Source: Bigelowiella natans CCMP2755
Lineage: Eukaryota; Protista; Cercozoa
Assembly: GCA_000320545.1 (NCBI GenBank)
Contig: ADNK01000012.1
Coordinates: 1 to 63,612 of the forward strand
Reading direction: 5' to 3'
DNA length: 63,612 nucleotides
Position 1 is the stretch's first letter. The number at the start of each line of letters is the position of its first letter. The translations under genes were made by a program, and so were the position numbers. This document shows, piece by piece, positions 53,314 through 63,612 of the stretch. Under the pieces are notes generated by a model, which searched no databases, had not been told where the DNA came from, and saw only the letters and a list, made by a program, of their open reading frames with translations.

Positions 53314-53717
53314 CACTCATTTTTGATATCTGCTCATATCTGCGGCGGTAAGTATACTACGCACGTAAATATACCCTTCTCTCTCTCTCTTTCTCTCCCT
53401 CTTTCTTGTGTGTTTTTGTGTGTGTATCTTTTTTCTTCTAATTAGCTACTTTTCCCCATCACAAGGACTCCAGAGGTAGCCTGAGAATGATATATTAACG
53501 TGATTTTTGTGCTATCACTGGACAAAAAGGACATGATAATATATACGAACAAACGAGGGACGGGGGAGGGCGAAAAACTGGCGAAGCGGCTGCGGTTACT
53601 GATGAGGATGACGACGATTTTTGCGACGTACGAACACACACGCACACATGGCAGCAGCGAACAAATTAAAGACTCAAAGATAAAACTACTCACACTGAAA
53701 ACAATCTTCACCACTAC

Positions 53718-53750
<33 letters not shown>

Positions 53751-54759
53751 TATCATCATCGTCATCATCATCATCGTCATCATAGTAGCAGTCGTCTATA
53801 TACTGTAATGATCATAATCATGCCTGATCGAGACGATGGGTTATAAGGAGCGGTTCCTCCCGTCCTAGATTGATGATGGCGTCGTTGTCGTTGTCGTTGT
53901 CGTTGTTGTCGCCACACACCAGATGCATCGACCAGGACGGCCAGTACAACCCAAAAAAAGAAGGAGAGGAATACGGAGTGTGAAGAAAATGGTTAAGAAT
54001 ATGTTGGGAGAGATTACAATCCATGCGCGAAAAAATAATAATGGAGGAGCTCGGGCCAAAGATGAGCGAATGAATGCCATTTTCTTCAGGGGCATGGCTG
54101 CGATGTATCAATCGGAGACGACGACAACAACAAACGCTGCAAAAGTGAGAAATGATGTATATGACATTCATTTAATATTCCACAGCTCCTCGTTACAGGA
54201 ACGATCCTCCATCTCACTCCCCCCCTCCTTGTATGTATGCACCTATTGCTGTCGCAGTCTGGGCTAGGCATGTCTCGACCAAGTTATCCACCGTTGCGGG
54301 AACGGGAACACCCTGTGGGAGACAGACAGTAGTAGTTGTGTGAATGCATGTGTGCGCACATAAGCACATAAAGAGATCTTCACATGCAGATTCCTATAGT
54401 TTGCTCTCATTCTTCTACTCCTCAAATTAATAGAATATAACGAAATGTCCGCTCACACACGCGACTGTCTTGTTACCTCGGGCTTGTTGAGGACCACGTA
54501 ATGCTCGCTCTCAGCTATAATCTAACACAACACACAATAGGCAGCAGCCAACAGCAGATACATATATACACACATACATTTGTATATTATATGTCACGTA
54601 AATGCGTCTGGCACCGTTACTTCTGTGCTGATATTGCATATGGATATGGGAAAACGCTACGTGTAGACGAGACTATATTGCAATAGAATGCAAAACAGTT
54701 TTTTTTACTTGTAGTAGTGTTGTTCAGTACAGAATTTTAACAAAAGATGAAAAAGGTAA

Positions 54760-54792
<33 letters not shown>

Positions 54793-55675
54793 CCTCTTCG
54801 GCCAATCAACTGTATATACTGCGTCAAAACGAATAGGATGGCAGTGCACACGGATGAAACTACCCCATTCTATCGCCTGATTAACAAACAATTGACTCAG
54901 TGAATAAATGCCACAACAGGACGCACAGAGTGGTGATGAGATCGATGTGGATGATGAGGAGATTTAGATCTGCATGTGCTGAGAAGAAGAAGAAGAAGAA
55001 GAAGAAGAAGAAGAAGAAGAAGAAAAGTAACCATGTCGATATGTGAGATGTTCAGCCGCAATGCCCTCTTCCTCTTACTAAAATCGGCTATTTGGCCACG
55101 AGTCATCAGCTTTAGTTTCTCACTCCTTATCCGCAGTATCAACTCTTGCGTCTCTTCATCCAGAAGCTGTGTCTGTTGTGCATTCATTGATTTACTGCTC
55201 TATGCAACTCACCACTCGTTGAAAAGATGATAATGACCACCTTGGGAAGGGGGGGGATCGGGGAGTACCAAATCGCACCAAAACGAAGCAGATCTTCCAC
55301 CATCTCACGGCTGAGATTTGCCTTTTCTTCAAGGTATTGCAATAATGTACGACGCGACGAAGAATGGTTTGCTGTTGTAGTAGCAGCTGCAGCAGCAGTC
55401 TCGGCAGCATCCATGGTGCTCTGAACTGCACTAGAAGAAGAAGAGGAAGAAGAAGAACACCTAGGCTCAACACATGCTGTGGTGTTATTGTTGGAGCTGT
55501 TCTCGTAGCGATCATCAACGATGAAGTGCTTGACTAAAGGGCCGGGTCGCAGCTCGCGAGGGGGGGGGGGAATGTCACATGCCTTCGGAAAAACCTCGGT
55601 CTGCGGTTCAAGTTGCGGAAATAAGAGCATATTAAGTACAATATGCACGCACGCATACACTTACACTTGCACACA

Positions 55676-55715
<40 letters not shown>

Positions 55716-56522
55716 TACGCACGATACCTCAATTCCAACCCCTCGTCCTTCTCCTCCTCCTCCTCCTCCTCCTCCTCCTTTTTTTCCAGTCGAGGGAAGG
55801 CATTCGACACTCTTATGATGGCGTGTTGCCCATGTGCTCATACATCTTTTGAATCTACGAGAGCAACCCTTCAAGGATGTCGTTATGCTTCGCAACTGAC
55901 GATGTTGTTGGTGATTGTCACGATGATAGTCACGGAGTCGTAGCAACAACGACGACGGGGTGGAGTATGCTGCTCTACCGCAACAACAGGAGGGACATGA
56001 AGATGATGATGGCGAAGAAGAAGAAGAAGAAGAAGGAGAAGAAGAAGAAGAAGCGACAGTTGTTGTGAATAAAGTTGTTGTCGCTGGAAGAGGGCCAATC
56101 GAAGAACAACGGGGGGGGAACGAGACAACTGGTGAACATAAAAAAACTTTAGTCATCTCATTAATATGACAAGCACATAAGTGATAGGGAGAAAACAAGA
56201 TAGTTTAGGTCATTGTATACAGTAAGCTGCTCCTGCCGCAGAAATAATGCCCTTGAGGATATGCCAGGTTTGCTGATAATAGTGACTTTTTAACGGCGTG
56301 ATGATGATGATGATGATGATGATGAGGAGGAGGAGGAGGAGGAGGAGGAGGAGGATGAGGACGACGATAATAGTCTGTTTGGGTCCATTCAATATGATTT
56401 GCTCTGAAAGTGTGTTCTTGCATGCAAGAAAACTTGACCAAGTAGATGGTCCCTTCAATCCATGTGAGCTAGTGCAGTATAATTATTACCCGTGGAGGCG
56501 TTCTTGGCATGAGGACGCTCAT
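51082..56522 (-). CDS. RluA-family RNA pseudouridine synthase, plant PUS6-like
   Basis: LLRFGAIWY, FIRVHCHPI|RFP, YVVLNKPE|GVPVPATVDN, catalytic THRLDQ|ATSGVLVMGK, VEKRYRLL, LFTGRTHVIRSMAAHLGSP|ILGDTLY, RIALQ|ACEL, ASIPWWR..*. The start codon is uncertain (about 56522-56675). Confidence 0.9.
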
Positions 56523-56916
56523 GTAGAGACTTTTATTCAAACCTAATCTCCGAAGAGGCCCATCCCGAGGAAGTACTATACAAGATGTCGCCACCAACAC
56601 TTCCGAGCCCGAAACTGATTGTGGGTGAGTCGGGGGAGGGGGGTATAAATTATCTGGGGATCCTACTTCTGACAAGAGTATTTTGGTATATATTTTAAGC
56701 CAAATATATAAAATTATATCTATAAAAATTAAATCTATCGATTGTTCCGAAATGCATTCGGTTACAGTTCTAATTCATTTTATTCGCTATTAAATATGAT
56801 GTTTTAAGCTTTATATTTTATCCAGATGCATCCAACACCACAATACTCTCCCAACACACCACAAAAAAGGCTTAGAATACTCTCCTCCTCTTCCTCTCCT
56901 CCCGTTTCGAAAGACA

Positions 56917-57082
56917 ATGACGTCTACGCGGCGCGCAGCCGTCATCCGGGCTGTGGCTGTGATAGGGAAGGAGGTTTGTATCTCACCACTTAATTTGTGA
57001 TATAATGTGAATACTTGTACCCTAGGCTATTCTCGACTTATTCTCTCTTCCTATTGCTCTCCGCTGTGACACCTTCTTCCCC

Positions 57083-57130
<48 letters not shown>

Positions 57131-57347
57131 CTTGCCCTGGGTGATGTACTCTGTTTGGCAATAGAACGAGCCGCTGTTTCTACAGACTTACACGGAAAGC
57201 AAGGAGGACAACCAAACCTCACTGCACTACCATGTGCACACTTCGTTAGATATTGTGGAAGAGAAAAGTAAATATGATATTACTCATTCAGACTTCCCAC
57301 CACGATGATATCATACATACAATAAATGTGCATACATACATATATTG

Positions 57348-57402
<55 letters not shown>

Positions 57403-57860
57403 TTTCCACAGTTGGAGACAGCGGAAAGGTTTACCCCAACGCGCAGGATATGTACCTCGGACAGTTGTACATCGTCCAAGATCTGAAGCTGTAATTTACC
57501 TAGAACCTATTGAGATGCATGCCCGCTACCTCCTCCTCATACTATCGTATTATTTCAGGTACGGATACGCTACAAACACGAAGACAAAATTCGTTGTTGT
57601 GGTCAACGGCACGCCATCATCATCCAGCATGAAATCGGTAACCATCCAAATCTCATCACGCGTTTTATCATCGTATTACCAATTTTATATCATAATTTTT
57701 CTCACAGTGGATGAGGGATTTCCATGAACTTTACATACAAACAACGGCCAATCCTTTCTGTGAGCTCATGGACGATAAAAGCGGTTTGTACACAACTACG
57801 TTTATGAATTCTGTTCGGAAGCGCATCGCTGCATTCAATGAGAAGGCCATAGGATATTAA
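56917..57860 (+). CDS. TRAPPC2L: TRAPP complex subunit 2-like (sedlin family, Tca17)
   Basis: AVAVIGKE|NEPLFL...LHYHVHTSLDIVEEK...DMYLGQLY..QDLKL|YGYATNTKTKFVVV...|WMRDFHELYIQTTANPF; five exons. Confidence 0.93.
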
Positions 57861-57929
57861 GAATAGAATGGTTTTGACGGCATCAACGGCTCCCAATATT
57901 ACGTGATCATCACATCAAAAAAAATATAG

Positions 57930-58420
57930 AGTGTACGTTCGTAGTGCAATAAGATGCACGCACGGTACGCACGCACAGTTTGCCGAGTTTCGCCAAATCA
58001 TTGTAGCTTGGAAAAAGCCAAATGCAAGACCTAGCAAAAACTGGGATAAAGGCCTTGTTACGCTACACAGTATAGTATTTCATCTAGCTAGCTAGCTAGG
58101 CACGCACGATACCATCACTGGCGGCAGTAGCTATGGCATGCTAGCATGACACAATTGCACGGCGCATAATTCGCGTGTGTGTAAGCCATGTAATTAATGT
58201 TAAAATCTTAAATCTAGCACAACAATATATGTGTACTATGTCGATGCATGCGTCATGCATAGCAATGGGTATACTAGTAAGGCGACTGAGCGCTCATCCT
58301 AAATATAGCTACAGCGGCAGAGCATATATCTAGGCATCCTCCAGCACGAAAAGGCCTTCATGGCATGCATGTATTTAGGAAAATTGTGTCCGTTCCACTA
58401 ATAACATGATATTAACCATG
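57930..58420. other. Intergenic CTAG/CATG/TGCA-rich block
   Basis: e.g. catctagctagctagctaggcacgcacg and gtcgatgcatgcgtcatgcatagc; lies between convergent 3' ends. Confidence 0.65.
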
Positions 58421-58515
58421 ATCGAGAAAGACATAAATTAGATTCTTTGGAGTTCACCTCCATTTGCTAATATCGTTACTTTTATTGATTCAATATCATG
58501 GAAGCTAATTTATCA

Positions 58516-58750
58516 TCATCTATCTTCAGCAGCTTGTTTGAGAAGATTTCCTAAAGAGCCCCCAGGGTGATTCATGCGAAAATCTTCCTTCGAGAATCTT
58601 GATCTGTGCACAATCTCTGACGCAATAGCATTGACTACGGCTTCCTGAGAAATGATACTTCGAGATGGAACGACCCCTAAGGTTTCCTCCTGGAAAATAA
58701 TATATTATCATGCATGAGGGAAGCAGAGATGAACAGAGAGGGGGGGAGTG

Positions 58751-58812
<62 letters not shown>

Positions 58813-59698
58813 AACCGTTCCCATTCCCCTTCACAGGACTTTCCAACAACATCACCATCATCTCATCTAAGACAACCTCACTGATGGAAGCGATAAGTGT
58901 CACATCTGCGCCACGACTAAGCTCCTGCAGTAGGTAAAAAGAAAATTAAGGACACGAATGAACGAATGTGGACGATGACAAGAAAGGCATACCGAGTTTT
59001 CGTTCCCGACGATTACCGCGGTGTAGATGCCACGATTGGAAATCCCATGCAGCACGCCTACCAACTCCTCCGTGTTACCGCTGTGCGAAAGCATCACTAC
59101 GATGTCATCTTTGCGTGCATTGCCAAAATCTCCATGACCCCACTCGCTCGCGTGCACGAAATGCGAGGGGATAGAGAGCGACGCCAGGGTCGCCGCCATT
59201 CGCCGCGCCACATAGCTGGTAGAGAGGAGGAAGAATGGAGTGATGAAACCACAACAACAACAACAAGACTGTGGATCTGATAACCGTTTGATAACCGTTG
59301 GCGTGTGTGCAAGTGTGAAGGAGATGATGGCATAGAAGTTACCCAGATTTGCCGATTCCGGTGATCAAAACACGCCCTGTCTCGTTCTTCTCCATCTCAT
59401 AAATTCTTTTGCATAATTCATCAAGAGATTGGGTGAACTGCGTCTCCTCCTTAGCCTTAGTTGCTAGGCTCTGAAGGCTTTTTGCATCGCATTCCAGGGA
59501 GTTGAGTCCTGACGACCCAGCAATAGTCCCGCTCTCGTCGGAGGGAGAGAAAGCAGAGAATGAAGCTGATAACACAGAATGGTATGGGTCGATAATTACG
59601 CTGATGATGAGATGATGTTGATGACAAGGTAATAGATTAAGATGATGGTGACAAATACTATGGTAGAAAGAATGACGAGGTGACATCTCGATGAGGAG

Positions 59699-59738
<40 letters not shown>

Positions 59739-62312
59739 GAGGGAGAGTCGTGTGTAAACTCGGAACTAATTTCCAATTATCGTCGTTAGCTACGAATAAA
59801 CCACCCCCTCAGATGTCACGTTAATACCATATTAGCGGCAGCAGCAATCATTAACATGATGAAACATCGATGATTTCTCAGCTGCTGCGACACGACCCGT
59901 GTCTCATATAACTAATATCATCAATGTTTCCAGTGTGGACTAAGATACGGCACAAGTAATTCTTACCTCCTGATGCCCCCTCTCCGCTAGCCGACAATGG
60001 CGACATCTGCAACCAATCCTCCACCTGAAACATAAAATGCTGATGATGATGCAAAACAACGAAAGACGAGTCTTTAAAGACGGTAATGAGGCACGTGGAA
60101 TAGATGTCTTCCCATTCTTTGTACTGAGTTTCTTAGCTAAATTCGCGCAATAGCAGACACGGCAGAAACACACTGGTCTCTCCAAACCCTTCATCTTCTT
60201 CGAGAAACTATGCTCATAATTGCACAGCAGCAGCAGCACACACCGTTGGCGCAAGTTCTACCACCCTCCTCGGCGAGATGTCCATGTCTGGGAGAGCTCC
60301 CAGAACCTCAACACAGGCGGCACCCGCCGCAGACGAAATCGCCCCGAGTTCAGCAAGCTCTGCCTCCGTCTCCGGGAGTCTCCCAAGCCGATATAGCCCG
60401 GCCACCATTCCACCGAAAAACGCATCTCCAGCCCCCGTAGAGTCGACCTGGTGGACACCCTCATAAGCTCCCACTTGCGCCGAGAACGTGGAGGAAGATG
60501 AGGATTCAGAAGGAGAAGGAGAAGATCCCTCACCGCCTCTCTCTGCTGCCAGACCACATCCCCGCTTACCTGTGCACGAAGAACGTGTAGTTGTTTAGTG
60601 GATTTGGCGAGTTGCGAATATGGTTTCGTCTTCGATACTGTCAATATTTCGCAAAAACTATGAATCTTCCCCCCCCCCCCTTCTCATCTTCGAGTACTAA
60701 CCGTCAGTAACCGCCACAAGCCGAGATCCAAATGCTTCCTTCAGCAGTACAGCTACGTCGTCGATCTCCATATCAGAGATATCGACTCCAGCCTCCTTTG
60801 GGCAGCAAGAAGCACCCTCTGTTTTCACCTGTTATTTTTTGGTTTCCAAAATGAAATGAATGTCGTATCAATATTTAGGTAGTGACAGGTAGTGACACTA
60901 CGATGTATCACTCACAACTTCCCCACATCATCCAAGAAACAAATCGCTAATGAGCCTCATCGCAGTACATGAAAGAATCTAATTTTTACTATCTGTGACC
61001 AAAGCAAGAAGTTCTGGAGCTGCATCTAACGTGGGCTTGATGACGTCACTCGCACGTACACACTGCAAGAGCTCATTCAGACTGCCCAAATTAGCTTCAC
61101 CAGCTGCGACAGAAGGCGGCACATCGACGTCGAGCATGCTGAGAGGAGTGGCTGCATGCGACGATGATGACGCGAGATTAAGCAGCTGGAGTACGCCCGA
61201 GAGTGGAACCTACGATGTTGTAAGGGTAGCACTGATATAGAGAGGATATCTCTGGAAGGATGGAAGCACGGGGGAAGGAACCATTGCGGCAGTAGAATCA
61301 TTTGTTCAATCACCTGCGAGATCTCCGTAGTCACGATTGTTGCGGCATTCAGAGCTTCAGCAAAATGAGTTTTCATAGCAGTTGCGTTGATATGCCCAGT
61401 TGAGGCAGGGGCCATTATGATAGCCCTCTCTCCCTGTATCAGCGAGACGGAATCTTGTCATATCATCAATATTAGCATCTAAAAAATTCTCAATCCCCAC
61501 TATCCTGCTACTACCTGGGAATCTAGCAAGATGTGGCAGACAGACGTAGCATATTCAGGTCCCTTCTTCAGGTACCTAGCATTAGTAATCCAAAAACAGG
61601 GAAGAATGGCTTCTAGTTGCAGTTCATACGGCGAGGCGTATGGGCAATTTCAATCTCAGAATCGTTTTAAGTCGACGGCTCCTCCCCCTACTTTCCCCTG
61701 CTTACACGATTTCCGCATGATTTTTCACCTTGTAGACACACCAAGATCCTCCATTTTCTTGCGAATCATCTTTCCATAGTCATCTTCGCCCTAGTTATTT
61801 TAAATTACGTTATCAGTTATGTTAATAATAAAAATTGGGATGACGTGTAGCTTGTTGTCTCATACTCTATTCAACGTCTAAAGCCTTTCTCACCTGAAGC
61901 GCAAGGAGTCCTGTCGGAGCCCCCATTAGTGAGGCCCATGCGAGATGATTCAGAGTCACACCCCCTACGACTTTCCCCTCCTCTGCCTTGCAAGGATCCG
62001 CAAAATATACTTTGGTGCTGGGTTTCGGCATCGACCTCACCTGGTAATTGAAAAGATTGCTCAATACCACCTCCGAACAAAAGGGAATGACCCCTCTTTC
62101 ACTACCTTGAAAAACACATCGACAACGTTCGATCCACATCCTACCACTGGGACGGTGCGACCCTCTTCTAGAGTTGAGAAGAGGCGCGACTGGGGACGGC
62201 AAACGGCTGGACCAAGGCGGAGGCGCATTTTGTTTAGACTTGTTCCCGTCCGACAGGCTCTTATTTGCGTAGAAACGGCGCATGTGCGCGTCAGGACCCC
62301 ATTCGAAGCCAT
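58516..62312 (-). CDS. PfkB/ribokinase-family kinase fused to a KdsD/GutQ-like SIS sugar-phosphate isomerase, with organellar-type N-terminal extension
   Basis: PfkB: VVGCGSNVVDVFF, GGVTLNH, GEDDYG, VAVTDG|KRG, DSTGAGDAFFGG. SIS: VLITGIGKSG|YVARRMAATLAS, FVHASEWGHGDFG, SHSGNTEE, VPSRS, NHPGGSLG. Linker exons are phase-compatible (...LAPT|VEDW...HQE|SGTIAG). Confidence 0.88.
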
Positions 62313-62621
62313 GAGCTCCTTGATTTGATTTGAATGCTTTCTCCGCACGTCGTACTCCACAGCGTGGTCAGTGATGAAGCACACGATACATATATATGTG
62401 CATAAACCTATACCAGCGACAATATTTGAATCGTGTCGCAGATTAAAATTACCATCCCTCTTCCGGCGCGAGCATCGATTGTCGCGATCTCAAAACCCTG
62501 TTCATTTTGTGATTATTTCATCGGTAGAACCGCTCGTAGCATGTCACCCTAGGCCTATCTGCTTCTCCTTGCCCCTCTTCGGTTCTTTCGCTGCTCCACT
62601 ATTCGCGTTAGGCGAGGGCCA

Positions 62622-63179
62622 ATGCCGATCTCATCCACAGGCCTTAGATTAGAGATCGAGGACCGAAGACACATGCTGGCCCTTGCGGCTTCTCTTGTGA
62701 TGCTGATACTCACATTGTCCCCGCCGCCATCTTCTCGAGGTAAGAAGCATAGCCAACTTCGGAATTTATGCATTGATGTGTTTTGCTTTGTGCACACGTT
62801 CTTACTTCCTTGAGAGCATTCTTCTCACTCCACCGACTGGCTGGGCCTTAAATTCACGTGAAATGGTGTTGCTGTTGTTTTAGCACCGCAGCACTCGCGA
62901 TTGCGCGGGCTTACGAGGAGGAAAAGGGTCATCCCTTCCTTCCCCTATACTCGGTAATAATAATAATAATAATAATAACTTAAGTTAACATTTGATGATA
63001 AATATGCAATAAGATGATGTAATTTGAGCGGATAGTATGTTGTTGATCTGTTCGGTGGCTCCTTACAAATGGGTGACAAATAATTACAAAACAAAAAGTG
63101 AAAACAATGGAGGAGCAGGTGCTTCCGGAAATCTTGCCTCCAGCCCTTTACAAATATGGTCAGAATCAGAGATATTTAT

Positions 63180-63180
<1 letters not shown>
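62622..63180 (+). CDS. 5' portion of a signal-peptide-bearing protein running off the window
   Basis: MLALAASLVMLILTLSPPPSSR followed by a gtaag donor; next exon APQHSRLRGLTRRKR is Arg-rich and transit-like. Confidence 0.45.

Positions 63181-63612
<432 letters not shown>

Overview
Eukaryotic nuclear DNA: gene-dense and very intron-rich, with mostly 40-200 nt exons, GT-AG plus some GC-AG introns, and introns full of di- and trinucleotide microsatellites. The overall style resembles a chlorarachniophyte-like protist (inference only). Most entries in the six-frame ORF track are microsatellite or antisense artefacts, so genes were rebuilt by hand from phase-compatible splice sites and coordinates of internal exons are approximate. 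About 15 genes are supported: a hypothetical protein, a C2HC zinc-finger protein, a SWIM-finger protein, a RanBP2-finger low-complexity protein, a PDZ + Rab32/38-like GTPase, an ArfGAP + glutaredoxin/SH3BGR-like protein, pseudouridine-5'-phosphate glycosidase (psuG), a mitochondrial-type DnaJ, a 1291-aa four-domain glycosyltransferase (GT25-FucT-GT25-FucT), a hypothetical type II membrane protein, TEX10/Ipi1, an RluA/PUS6-like pseudouridine synthase, TRAPPC2L, a PfkB kinase + KdsD-like SIS isomerase fusion, and the 5' end of a signal-peptide protein. The most notable items are the four-module glycosyltransferase in a microsatellite-poor island, three unusual domain fusions, and recurring CTAG/CATG/TGCA-rich blocks just downstream of gene 3' ends. 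No rRNA, tRNA, CRISPR array or intact transposon was recognised.
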